Of a stretch of DNA of 46,219 bases, positions 1 to 12,900 are shown piece after piece. Location: assembly GCA_002269645.1 (NCBI GenBank), contig NIVC01003882.1, forward strand, positions 1-46,219, in the 5' to 3' direction. The stretch is from Macrostomum lignano. Taxonomy: Eukaryota. Position numbers and translations under genes: made by a program. Within the stretch, counting starts at the first letter, position 1. Every line of letters begins with the position of its first letter. Below the pieces are notes generated by a model, which did no database searches, was not told the origin of the DNA, and was given only the letters and a program-made list of their open reading frames with translations.

Positions 1-30
1 TATCATGTATCTCCTACAAATTACACTCTT

Positions 31-1490
31 GTGTAACAGGTTCGTGTCTGTCTAACAGGCTCCGTGTCTCCGTGTCTGTCTAACAGGTTCCGTGTCTTGT
101 CTAACAGGCTCCGTGTCTCCGTGTCTGTCTAACAGGTTCCGTGTCTGTCTAACAGGTTCCGTGTCTCCGTGTCTGTCTAACAGGTTCCGTGTCTGTCTAA
201 CAGGTTCCGTGTCTCCGTGTCTGTCTAACAGGTTCCGTGTCTGTCTAACAGGCTCTGTGTCTCCGTGTCTGTCTAACAGGTTTCCGTGTCTGTCTAACAG
301 GTTCCGTGTCTCCGTGTCTGTCTAACAGGTTCCGTGTCTGTCTAACAGGCTCTGTGTCTCCGTGTCTGTCTAACAGGTTCCGTGTCTGTCTAACAGGTCC
401 CGTGTCTGTCTAACAGGTCCCTGTTCTGTCTAACAAGTCCCGTGTCTGTCTAACAGGTTCCTTGTCTAACAGGTCCCGTGTCTGTCTAACAGGTCCCGTG
501 TCTGTCTAACAGGTCCCGTGTCTGTCTAACAGGTCCCGTGTCTGTCTAACAGGTCCCGTGTCTGTCTAACAGGTCCCGTGTCTGTCTAACAAGTCCCGTG
601 TCTGTCTAACAGGCTCCGTGTTCCGTGTCTGTCTAACAGGTTCCGTGTCTGTCTAACAGGTTCCGTGTCTCCGTGTCTGTCTAACAGGTTCCGTGTCTGT
701 CTAACAGGTTCCGTGTCTCCGTGTCTGTCTAAAGGTTCCGCTGTCTGTCTAACAGGTTCCGTGTCTCCGTGTCTGTCTAACAGGTTCCGTGTCTGTCTAA
801 CAGGCTCTGTGTCTCCGTGTCTGTCTAACAGGTTCCGTGTCTGTCTAACAGGTTCCGTGTCTCCGTGTCTGTCTAACAGGTTCCGTGTCTGTCTAACAGG
901 CTCTGTGTCTCCGTGTCTGTCTAACAGGTTCCGTGTCTGTCTAACAGGTCCCCGTGTCTGTCTAACAGGTTCCGTGTCTGTCTAACAGGTCCGCGTGTCT
1001 GTCTAACAGGTCGCTTGTCTAACAGTCCCGTGTCTGTCTAACAGGTTCCTGTGTCTAACAGGTCCCGTGTCTGTCTAACAGGTCCGTGTCTGTCTAACAG
1101 GTCCCGTGTCTGTCTAACAGGTCCGTGTCTGTCTAACAGGTCCCGTGTCTGTCTAACAGGTTCCTGTCTAACAGGTCCCGCTGTCTGTCTAACAGGTCCC
1201 GTGTCTGTCTAACAGGTCCCGTGTCTGTCTAACAGGTCCCGTGTCTGTCTAACAGGTCCCGTGTCTGTCTAACAGGTCCCGTGTCTGTCTAACAGGTCCC
1301 GTGTCTGTCTAACAGTCCCGTGTCTGTCTAACAGGTCCTGTGTCTAAGGTCCCGTGTCTGTCTAACAGGTTCCGTGTCTGTCTAACAGGTTCTGTGTCTG
1401 TCTAACAGGTCTGTGTCTGTCTAAGATTTTATGTCTATCTGACAGGTCCTATGTATTTCTAACAGGTCTCATTCCTGTCTAACAGGTTCT
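31..1490. repeat. Intronic minisatellite, ~20-bp unit GTGTCTGTCTAACAGGTTCC with 9-bp TCCGTGTCT inserts
   Basis: Tandem units are directly visible and lie in the VSP intron downstream of exon 1658-1585. Confidence 0.95.
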
Positions 1491-1584
1491 CTGTCTATCT
1501 AGCAGCTAATGTTCTGTCTTGGGCAAAATTCTGGTCGAACAAAACTCATTAACCAATTATCTAGGCCTCTTATCTCAGACTCAC

Positions 1585-4500
1585 TTCAGGTCCTGAATGA
1601 AGTAGGTGTAGATCCAAAAGAAGAAAGCGCAGTTTTCGTAAGCCGTTGGCACGTTTCGCTGAAAATTTTCGAATATTTGTTTTTTTATCGAATACTCGAA
1701 ACCAGGAAAGCATTATTAGGAATTTTGCTTACATTTCTGGAAAAGAAGCTGAACTTCACATCGTTGAGCACTGTTGGTGGATTCCGCAGCGTCACTACAG
1801 CACTGTCGGTCTCCCGAGAGAACTCCGCCATGCAGTTCTTGTTGATGCCCAGATCGAACTCGCCAACTTGCTTGCCGCCCTCGAAAATTCGAAACCAGAA
1901 ATCCGAGCCGTCACCGTTGCGATGGCTGAGAATTTGGAAATTAAATTTATAGTCTGTTTAATATTCTGTTCATTAATAATTAATCAGTGAGTCAGAGATC
2001 GGTGAGTCAGGAATCGGTGAGTCAGGAATGGGTAAGCCAGTAATCGGTGAGTCAGAGATCGGTGAGTTAGCGATCGGTGAGTCAGAGATCGGTGAGTCAG
2101 ATATCGGTGAGTCAGGAATCGGTGAGTCAGAGATCGGTGAGTCAGAGATCGGTGAGTCAGAGATCGGTGAGTCAGAGATCGGTGAGTCAGAGATCGTGAG
2201 TTAGAGATCGGTGAGTCAGAGATCGGTGAGTCGAGATGGGTGAGTAAGAAATCGGTGAGTAAGGAATCGTGAGTAAGGAATCGGTGAGTCAGGAATCGGT
2301 GAGTCAGGAATGGGTAAGCCAGTAATCGGTGAGTCAGAGATCGGTGAGTTAGCGATCGGTGAGTCAGAGATCGGTGAGTCAGATATCGGTGAGTCAGGAA
2401 TCGGTGAGTCAGAGATCGGTGAGTCAGAGATCGGTGAGTCAGAGATCGGTGAGTCAGAGATCGGTGAGTCAGAGATCGGTGAGTCAGAGATCGGTGAGTC
2501 AGAGATCGGTGAGTTAGAGATCGGTGAGTCAGAGATCGGTGAGTCGAGATGGGTGAGTAAGAAATCGGTGAGTAAGGAATCGGTGAGTCAGGAATCGGTG
2601 AGTCAGGAATCGGTGAGTCAGGAATCAAGATGCTATTATTCCTCACTTACAGGAGATGCCGTGAATGATGATTTTCCGGACAATCAGAGGAGTGTCGGGC
2701 GGCATCTCATAGTTGAACTCCTTCTTAACAGTCTCAAAGTAGCCCACGTAGCGGTTCTGGCTGGGAGTCTCCACTCCCTGAAACTTGATGCCCTGCTGAT
2801 AGTCAGTTCGCTTCAGGCCGAAGAAATCCAGGCACTCCTGAGGAGGACAGGTAAGGGGGCCGCTTGATGATTCATAAATAGCCCATTATGTTCACTGTTT
2901 TGGCGTCTAACCAAAACCACCGTTGCTTAACCTGGAATTCGCAGTCAACAGCGCGGCCGCCGCAATTAGGATTCTCAGGCTGGTTTAGGGACGATTCTCA
3001 GTCTGGTTTAGGGGCGATTCTCAGGCTGGTTTAGGGGCGATTCTCAGGCTGGTTTAGGGACGATTCTCAGGCTGGTTTAGGGACGATTCTCAGGCTGGTT
3101 TAGGGACGATTCTCAGTCTGGTTTAGGGACGATTCTCAGGCTGGTTTAGGGACGATTCTCAAGCTGGTTTAGGGACGATTCTCAGGCTGGTTTAGGGACG
3201 ATTCTCAGTCTGGTTTAGGGACGATTCTCAAGCTGGTTTAGGGACGATTCTCAGGCTGGTTTAGGGACGATTCTCAAGCTGGTTTAGGGACGATTCTCAG
3301 GCTGGTTTAGGGACGATTCTCAGGCTGGTTTAGGGACGATTATTAGTCTGTTTAGGTGCGATTCTCAGTCTGGTTTAGGGGCGATTCTCAGAGTGAAGCA
3401 GCCAATTAAGTTGCGAACTAACCGCCACCGTGTCTGCTTAACCCGAACCGTTTGGCTAGTGATAATCTATTAATGTCTACTACAAAATTCGAAGTATTTT
3501 TGCAGGCTGTTCTTCTCTGTAGTTTCTTTATTGTCCACTAAGTATGAATAGAAACATATCGGAATTAACTACCTTGGCATTCTCATAAATATCGCTATCC
3601 ACCATGTAGGTGCAGATCATAGTGCCAGTGCGACCTTTGCCGCCCTTGCAGTGCACCACGATGATGTTCTGCTCATGGGCGGCCAGCCAGTCGCGCACGC
3701 TGTTAGCGAACTTCACCATGTCGCTGTCGGGGATTTGGGAGAACACAAATTTGAAAAATGAGATGCTGCTGTTTGAGCAGCTTCTTCCCATGAGCCACTG
3801 CGGGCTACGGCTATAGCATCCGCTCTCTCCCAAATTCTTATCAGCTCCCTACTATAACTGAAATCCGCTCCCTACTATGACTGAAATCCGCTCCCTACCA
3901 TGACTGAAATCCGCTCCCTACTATGACTGAAATCCGTTCCCTACTAAAGACAATACTCCGCTCCCTACTATAACTGAATTCCGCTCCCTACTAAAACTGA
4001 AATCCGCTCCCTACCAAAACCCAGATTCATCGTCAGCTGCATGTTTACCTCAGTCTTGGCACATTGTGGTCATCAATCAGGTATCGTTCCACTCGATCGT
4101 GGAAGAAACTTGAATCGTAGTAGCGCTCACCTGTCACAGGTGATGAAGTACAATAAAATACAATTTTAATACACATGCAACAACAGTAAAGGTCACTTAC
4201 TACACAAGTTGTACACTTTATAGCGATTGTAGTGCTTCAGGTCTAGAAACTTGGCCACTTCCTGCGAAAGCAAATAGCTAGCATTGAAAGTTGGGAATTA
4301 AATTTTGCAACACATGTAGCTTAGTGATAGTGTACTTTTTTACCTTGATAGGATTCCTGTACATTGCCATCAACCCGGAGGAAGGATATGACATGGCGAT
4401 CACCTTTTCTGCAATTTTTATACATTTTTATGGCTAAAATATGAGATAACTACCGTGTACCGGAACTGGGCAAGGGAAGGGGCGGAACTGGGCAAGGGAA

Positions 4501-7500
4501 GGGGCGGAACTGGGCAAGGGAAGGGGCGGAACTGGGCAAGGGAAGGGGCGAAACTGGACACGGGAAGGGGCGGAACTGGACACGGGAAGGGGCGGAACTG
4601 GACACGGGAAGGGGCGAAACTGGACACGGGAAGGGGCGGAACTGGACACGGGAAGGGGCGGAACTGGACACGGGAAGGGCGGAACTGGACACGGGAGGTG
4701 GCGGAACTGGACACGGGAGGTGGCGGAACTGGGCAAGAGAAGGGGCGGAACTGGGCAAAAAGAAGGGGCGGAACTGGGCAAAAAGAAGGGGCGGAACTGG
4801 GCAAGAGAAGGGGCGAAACTGGGCAAAAAGAAGGGGCGGAACTGGGCAAGGGAAGGGGCGAAACTGGACACGGGAGGTGGCGGAACTGGACACGGGAGGT
4901 GGCGGAACTGGGCAAGAGAAGGGGCGGAACTGGGCAAAAAGAAGGGGCGGAACTGGGCAAGAGAAGGGGCGGAACTGGGCAAAAAGAAGGGCGGAACTGG
5001 GCAAGAGAAGGGGCGGAACTGGGCAAGAGAAGGGGCGGAACTGGGCAAAAAGAAGGGGCGGAACTGGGCAAGAGAAGGGGCGGAACTGGGCAAGAGAAGG
5101 GGCGGAACTGGGCAAAAAGAAGGGGCGGAACTGGGCAAGAGAAGGGGCGGAACTGGGCAAGAGAAGGGGCGGAACTGGGCAAGAGAAGGGGCGGAACTAA
5201 GCACGGTGAGGGAGGATGGAAACCGGGCAGAAGTCGCCAAACTCGAATCCTGTCCCCAGCCTCCCACCGGTGATGTAGCACAGATCCAAATCGAAGCCGT
5301 CGTCCTCGTATCGCTTCTTGTTCTGCGACACCACGTGACGCGTTGCCTTGGTGAGGTTTTTCCTCTCGGTGAGAAACACGCGGACCAGGGCGACGAGGCG
5401 GGGTAGGCGAATGAGACGGGCGAGCACCACCAGCCTTGAGGGTGGGAGGGTGAGCTGACTGAGTTTGTCTGTACATCTGCATGAGCAGTTCAGCTTATTC
5501 ATGGATAGAATGAAGCCATGAATCAGTGAATAGATCAATGAATAGATATGTACGATCAGAGATGTACAGATCAGATATGAATAGATCAATGGATAGATTG
5601 GGTAGATCAATGGATAGATGTGAGTAGATCAATGGATAGATGGGGTTAGCTCATTGGATATATGGTGATAGATCAATGGATAGTTGTGGATAGATCAATG
5701 GATAGATGTGGATAGATCAATGGATAGATGTGGATAGATCAATGGATAGATGTGGATAGATCAATGGATAGATGTGGATAGATCAATGGATAGATGTGGA
5801 TAGATCAATGGATAGATATGGATAGATTAATGCCAATGGTCAGAATGGATGAATGATTCTACCCCTAAATTTAGCACTCACTTCCCCAGCTTGGCGGTGT
5901 CGCTCAAGTCGGGCACCGACATAAACACCACGCTAACAATAAAGGTTAAAATGACAACAGCAAAGTCCAGCACCATGATCCAGTTGCTGAAAAATTTCTC
6001 CGGTCTGAAATTGGTGTTTAGAATTCACAACTGCGTCATACTTGGAACTGCATGGACGTCATGAAACTATTTAAAAATCTTGGTTGGTCCTTGTTGGGTT
6101 TCGTCCTCGTTAGGTTTGTTGCTTCTCATTGAGGCTTTTGGTCCTCATTATGGTTGTTGGTCCTCATTGGGGTTGGTCCTCTTTGGGGTTGGTCCTCGTT
6201 GGAGCTGTTGGTCCTCGTTGGGGTTGTTGGTCCTCATTGGGGTTGTTGGTCCTCATTGGGTTGTTGGTCCTCGTTGGGGTTGGTTCTCATTGGGGTTGGC
6301 CCTCATTGGGGTTGTTGGTCCTCATTGGGTTGTTGGTCCTCATTGGGGTTGTTGGTCCTCATTGGGGTTGTTGGTCCTCATTGGGTTGTTGGTCCTCGTT
6401 GGGGTTGGTTCTCATTGGGGTTGGCCCTCATTGGGGTTGTTGGTCCTCATTGAGGTTGAATTGGTCCCGCAGCCAGCGATGAGGCAAGCATTCATGCTCA
6501 TTCCGCTGGCTCCTGGTGCAAGTAATCGAACCCATGTTCTTAGGCGCTAGAAAGCGAGTCAGACTGCTCAACCCAATTCTAATCCTCATATTAATGGTCC
6601 CAAAAAACTTACCCCAGAGCAAAAATCCTCACGCCAACCTCGATAACAAACAGAATAACAATGACCAGGCCTACGTAGTCGTATGCTGGTTTCGGGTCGG
6701 CGAGGTCAACAATGACCAGCACGAGGTCCAGCAGTATCAGCGCCATGGTTACTAGGCGAAATGCTAAGCTTTCAATGATTCGAAGAGTCTTCTTTCGCGG
6801 CTCCCTAAGTTTGAAAGTGGTAGCATAGATACTGCTTTTGGAATGTCTCTATTGATTAAAAATGTCTCTGTGTTGATTGGAAATGTCTCTGTATTGATTG
6901 GAAATGTCTCTGTGTTGATTGGAAATGTCTCTATACTGATTGGAAATGTCTCTGTATTGATTGGAAATGTCTCTGTATTGATTGGAAATGTCTCTGTATT
7001 GATTGGAAATGTCTCTGTATTGATTGGAAATGTCTCTATATTGATCGGAAATGTCTCTGTATTGATTGGAAATGTCTCTATTGATTGGAAATGTCTCTGT
7101 ATTGATTGGAAATGTCTCTGTATTGATTGGAAATGTCTCTGTATTGATCGGAAATGTCTCTATATTGATTGGAAATGTCTCTATTGATTGGAAATGTCTC
7201 TGTATTGATTGGAAATGTCTCTGTATTGATTGGAAATGTCTCTGTATTGATTGGAAATGTCTCTGTATTGATTGGAAATGTCTCTGTATTGATTGGAAAT
7301 GTCTCTGTATTGATCGGAAATGTCTCTATATTGATTGGAAATGTCTCTGTATTGATTGAAAATGTCTCTGTATTGATTGGAAATGTCTCTGTATTGATTG
7401 GAAATGTCTCTGTATTGATTGGAAATGTCTCTGTATTGATTGGAAATGTCTCTGTATTGATTGGAAATGTCTCTGTATTGATCGGAAATGTCTCTATATT

Positions 7501-8050
7501 GATTGGAAATGTCTCTGTATTGATTGAAAATGTCTCTGTATTGATTGGAAATGTCTCTGTATTGATTGGAAATGTCTCTGTATTGATTGGAAATGTCTCT
7601 ATATTGATTGGAAATGTCTCTGTATTGATTGGAAATGTCTCTGTATTGATCGGAAATGTCTCTATATTGATTGGAAATGTCTCTGTATTGATTGAAAATG
7701 TCTCTGTATTGATTGGAAATGTCTCTGTATTGATTGGAAATGTCTCTGTATTGATTGGAAATGTCTCTACAAATTGATTGGAAATGCCTTCATATTGATC
7801 GGAAATGTCTCTGTATTGATTGGAAATGTCTCTATATTGATTGGAAATGTCTCTATATTGATTGGAAATGTCTCTATATTGATTTGAAATGTCTCGAATG
7901 CTTGGAGAGACCTTGTCAGTCTTACCTGCACCAGGTGTCCTCCCGATTGTTAGTTTCCAGGGCCTCTCGAAAGCCGAAATCGTCCACGTGGATGACCGTC
8001 TTTGGCTCGGTGCTGGCGTCCTCCTGACCGCCGTTTGCGTTAGCAGACAT
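1585..8050 (-). CDS. TPTE2: Voltage-sensing phosphoinositide phosphatase (VSP, TPTE/TPTE2 family), 3'-partial. Exons in transcript order: 8050-7926, 6804-6613, 6004-5882, 5434-5268, 4408-4344, 4261-4201, 4130-4049, 3723-3573, 2837-2651, 1925-1733, 1658-1585. The final exon lies left of the window.
   Basis: Hand-spliced exons have GT-AG boundaries and matching phases, except one 1-nt mismatch near 1920. Segments: S1 MALILLDLVLVIVDL, S2 LFVIEVGVRIF, S3 MVLDFAVV, S4 KLVVLARLIRLPRLVALVRVF, linker VSQNKKRYEDDGFDLDLCYIT, KVIAMSYPS, YKVYNLCSER, IDDHNVP, catalytic HCKGGKGRTG (Gly where PTEN has Ala), FQGVETPSQNRYVGYF, and C2 domain NDVKFSFFS...YENCAFFFW. Confidence 0.96.
1984..2627. repeat. Intronic minisatellite, 15-bp unit ATCGGTGAGTCAGAG, with an internal ~280-bp block duplication
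   Basis: Tandem units; the variant block GAATGGGTAAGCCAGTAATC occurs near both 2027 and 2308. Confidence 0.95.
2968..3390. repeat. Intronic minisatellite, 23-bp unit GACGATTCTCAGGCTGGTTTAGG
   Basis: Tandem units in VSP intron 2838-3572. Confidence 0.95.
3843..4015. repeat. Intronic minisatellite, 23-bp unit GCTCCCTACTATGACTGAAATCC
   Basis: About 7 tandem units in VSP intron 3724-4048. Confidence 0.9.
4460..5198. repeat. Intronic minisatellite, 23-bp purine-rich unit GGCGGAACTGGGCAAGGGAAGGG
   Basis: Tandem units in VSP intron 4409-5267. Confidence 0.95.
5520..5828. repeat. Intronic minisatellite, 22-bp unit GGATAGATCAATGGATAGATGT
   Basis: Tandem units, degenerate on the left, in VSP intron 5435-5881. 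Confidence 0.9.
6080..6452. repeat. Intronic minisatellite, 18-19-bp unit GGTCCTCATTGGGGTTGTT
   Basis: Tandem units in VSP intron 6005-6612. Confidence 0.92.
6840..7895. repeat. Intronic minisatellite, 21-bp unit GGAAATGTCTCTGTATTGATT
   Basis: About 50 tandem units in VSP intron 6805-7925. Confidence 0.95.
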
Positions 8051-9937
8051 TGTCCGGAATCGCAGTATCTATGAGTTGAAGTGAAAAGCCTCACTAAAAA
8101 ACCGTTGCCAGCTCGTTAGCGAAATCTGCAGCAAACTGCAACTTTCACCTTAAGGCTTAGGCCATAATCTAGCTAAAACTGATTGAAAAGAGTCGAGCGT
8201 GAAGTTTTGAAACCTTAGGAAAGAAGTGTGTATAGGTTGAAACTTTCTGTTTTATTAGCTTACAGGTATACGCTTATCAGTATGTAGGCACGCAATTTGA
8301 TATACATGTAGCTGGGTCCAGGTGAGAGTCAGGCGTACATGAGCCATACTGAGATAAAACAGCAATAGTTGAAAAACTGTTGGTAAATTCTTAATTTATG
8401 CGAGTTTAGGCTGATTTGCCTTCTGTTTTTGTGCATTGCGTTACGACCCATAGTGCCAGTAAAATTTGGCTATGCGAATTCTACGCAATTGAAGCTTTTT
8501 TAGTCGGTCAACATGTACATGTAAATTGCAATTAACAAACTACTTTTAGCTTGGCATACAGACCGCTGAAACAGAAAGGAATACAAATTAGATTAGTCTT
8601 AGTCTTAAATTAGTCTTCATCTACATAGCACATATAGGGTTGTCCGCGCATATACATGTACATGTACTGTAAAAATATATAAACTTTGTTTAGATTCATC
8701 GACAGGATTCGGCTGTTGGTCACCGCTAGCTCCTATCTTTTTTAAATAATTCCTGTCGTATTTATCAATTAACAGCTAAAAATTAGACTGCGACTTAAGA
8801 ATATGCGACTATAATACACGGTACTATTTACGAGCAACCGGATAGACTAAAAAGTTTTAAACTGTTAAATTTAAAAATAAAGAAAATAACTATGATGTCT
8901 GTGGTATTTTTGCAGATTATTATGATACCATTATGTTACGTCACGCATACTTCAAATCTTTTGTTTAAATTTTCAAAACCAAAGCACGATATTACTAAAA
9001 CGAAAATTTAATTTTTTGTTGGACAGTTAAAATAAAAATCAGCAGTCAGAAATCACATCAGCAAATCGAAGAAGCGAACGCAGATTAAGCATCACAGAGG
9101 TGGTAAAGCATCTTAATCTATTTTCTTATTATTATTTGCGATTCAACTAAATTAGTTTTTCCAAATTTCATCAACTTCTTCAACAATCAGATCGCAGATC
9201 GTGGCAAACAAATAAACTTACATACGAAAATTGATACCTTTTAACCGAGAGATTAGTACATTGGCACATAAACGAGAAAGGACGACAGAGCCGGCTTTTG
9301 CGCAATCGCTGCTGAGGTAAGTATAAAAGTTAAGCTTTACTTATTTACACGGAACCTTGTGAATAATATTGTGCTATATTTTCAAAGAACAATAGTAAAG
9401 TACAGTGTTGTACTGTATTCGTATTATAATACTATAGTATTTCATTTATACTAAAGTATAGTATTGTAATAGTAAAAAGTAAAAATTTATATCATAGTTA
9501 AAATACCATCATACACTTGTACGAGCGTATATTGTATTTAAACCATAAATGAATGGGTAAGTTTTAAAGCTCTGGAATTAAATCATATTTAGATGACTTA
9601 AACCTTACTTCCTGTTTTTTTATTTTTTTTATTAATATCAAAAAGGATTTTTTTCTAATTCAGCTTTTGTATTTCCTATTGTTCTTTTTTATTTACTTTC
9701 AATATGCAATTAATATAACAAAAAGTCGAGAACAGTTAAATAGTTTTAACGTTTTTTACACTGTATATGGGCTACTGACCACTGTTGTTTATATTAAAGA
9801 TTTTTTAAATTGCCAAGTACTTTTAATATTTGAACATTGTAATGCTACACCATTGATTTACATAGGCAGACACTTTCATTAAAATTTCAGAGAACTGAAA
9901 ACTATTGTTGAAATGTGAAAACAATAACTCTAGCATT

Positions 9938-12900
9938 ATGAATGGTGGTAAAAACAAAGATGTCACTGTTTGGTAAGTAAAGGCAAAGCAGTCATAATAT
10001 TTGCTTAATTGGATACAACAGGAAGCAATCACCTTGTCAATAGAGACCACCTTTCACTAGAATACGTTTGAACAGCCATTCACTTATAGATCAATAAACA
10101 CAATTCCACAGGTTTATTTCATTAACAATGAGCCAAAAAAGTAAAAAATCAACCACCGCACACTCCCACCAGCCATTGACACATTCCATAGACCCATTCC
10201 CGTCAGCCATAGAGACACATTTCCGTCAGCCATAGACACATTTCCGTCAGCTATAGACACATTTCCGTCAGCCATAGAGACACATTTCCGTCAGCCATAG
10301 ACACATTTCCGTCAGCCATAGACACATTTCCGTCAGCCATAGACACATTCCGTCAGCCATAGACACATTCCCGTCAGCCATAGGCACATTACCGTCAGCC
10401 ATAGACACATTCCCACCAGCCATAGACACATTCCCGTCAGCCATAGACACATTCCCACCAGCCATAGACACATTCCCACCAGCCATAGACACATTCCCGT
10501 CAGCCATAGACACATTCCCACCAGCCATAGACACATTCCCACCAGCCATAGACACATTCCCACCAGCCATAGACACATTCCCACCAGCCATAGACACATT
10601 CCCGTCAGCCATAGACACATTCCCACCAGCCATAGACACATTCCCACCAGCCATAGACACATTCCCGTCAGCCATAGACACATTCCACCAGCCATAGACA
10701 CATTCCCACCAGCCATAGACACATTCCCACCAGCCATAGACACATTCCCACCAGCCATAGACACATTCCCGTCAGCCATAGACACATTCCCACCAGCCAT
10801 AGACACATTCCCACCAGCCATAGACACATTCCCGTCAGCCATAGGCACATTCCCGTCAGCCATAGACACATTCCCACCAGCCATAGACACATTCCCACCA
10901 GCCATAGACACATTCCCACCAGCCATAGACACATTCCCGTCAGCCATAGACACATTCCCACCAGCCATAGACACATTCCCACCAGCCATAGACACATTCC
11001 CGTCAGCCATAGGCACATTCCCGTCAGCCATAGACACATTCCCACCAGCCATAGACACATTCCCACCAGCCATAGACACATTCCCACCAGCCATAGACAC
11101 ATTCCCGTCAGCCATAGACACATTCCCACCAGCCATAGACACATTCCCACCAGCCATAGACACATTCCCACCAGCCATAGACACATTCCCACCAGCCATA
11201 GACACATTTCCGTCAGCTATAGACACATTTCCGTCAGCCATAGAGACACATTTCCGTCAGCCATAGACACATTTCCGTCAGCTATAGACACATTCCCACC
11301 AGCCATAGACACATTCCCGTCAGCCATAGACACATTCCCACCAGCCATAGACACATTCCCACCAGCCATAGACACATTCCCGTCAGCCATAGGCACATTC
11401 CCGTCAGCCATAGACACATTCCCACCAGCCATAGACACATTCCCACCAGCCATAGACACATTCCCACCAGCCATAGACACATTCCCACCAGCCATAGACA
11501 CATTCCCACCAGCCATAGACACATTCCCACCAGCCATAGACACATTCCCACCAGCCATAGACACATTCCCACCAGCCATAGACACATTCGAATCAACCAT
11601 CAGCCTTCGGTCAGAACGCTTACTCATTAGCAATATAGGCAGGCCGTTGTCATTGATCTCAGAAGTACACTCTGCACTTTACAAACCGCATCTGTAGGTA
11701 CGACGCCACCCGTCGCCGCCAAATAGTGGAAGCCACCGCCGGCCCACCCGTGAATCGGGCGGCGACCTTGCCGGCTCCGGTCAAACAGATTCGCCTGCGG
11801 ATACCGCCGGACGGCCAGATTGGCTTCTCAATCAGGGGCGGGCGGGACTTCGGCACCGGCATCTTCGTGTCCGGGTGAGCCGCTTTGACACCCAAAATGG
11901 GCCGCTGACACCCACAAATCTGGGTCACTGACACCCACAAATCTGGGTCACTGACACCCACAAATCTGGGTCACTGACACCCACAAATCTGGGTCACTGA
12001 CACCCACAAATCTGGGTCACTGACACCCCACAAATCTGGGTCACTGACACCCACAAATCTGGGTCACTGACACCCACAAATCTGGGTCACTGACACCCAC
12101 AAATCTGGGTCACTGACACCCACAAATCTGGGTCACTGACACCCACAAATCTAAGTCACTGACAACCCCAATCTAAGTCACTGACACCCCCAATCTAAGC
12201 CACTGACACCCCCAATCTAAGCCACTGACACCCCCAATCTAAGCCACTGACACCCCCAATCTAAGCCACTGACATTAGGTGGCTAACATTAGGCATTAGG
12301 TATTCTTGCTTTCTAAAAACCGAGTTAGTTGTGCATTACGTCATGAGTATTTTCACAGACAAACCAAAAAATCTCAACCCACATCGCCACCAACTGACAG
12401 CACAGTGCCGCAGAGCGCGGCGGACAGCGGCGGACTGCGAGCGGGTCAGCTGATTGTGCAGATCAACGGCATGGAGTTTGACGACCTGTCGCACTGGCAG
12501 GCCGCGATGTTCATCAAGCAGCATCAGTCGGATCTTAAGATCACTGTTAAGGTAATTAAAAAAAACATTACAAGTATATTATAAAATTTACATATTTGAA
12601 GGCCGCTTGAATAATTTTAGCGATCTCCTCATTTGGGCAATTTGTTTTCTACTGTGCTTAGAATAAATCTTGTTTGAAGAGAGGGAGGGGGTTGTAGCCT
12701 AGTGGTCAGAGCCTCGGACTCACGACCGAAAGGTCGGGGGTTCGATTCTGGACCCACTCGGAACAATTTTTGTCCTTGAGCAAGACAACTAACTCTGCAT
12801 TGCTTCAGTTCACCCAGCTGTAAAATGGGTGCCAGCATTAGCTGGGGAATTGAGGGTGTGTGTGGCGACCCCCCAGTCCTTGGACTGAACAGCCGTACGC

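Noticed and set aside
3573-3723. Calling the phosphatase PTEN
   Set aside because: The motif is HCKGGKGRT rather than HCKAGKGRT, and a full S1-S4 voltage sensor is spliced upstream.
12683-12760. A stand-alone tRNA gene
   Set aside because: A and B boxes are present, but no clean acceptor stem forms and the sequence continues into a CORE-like SINE body.
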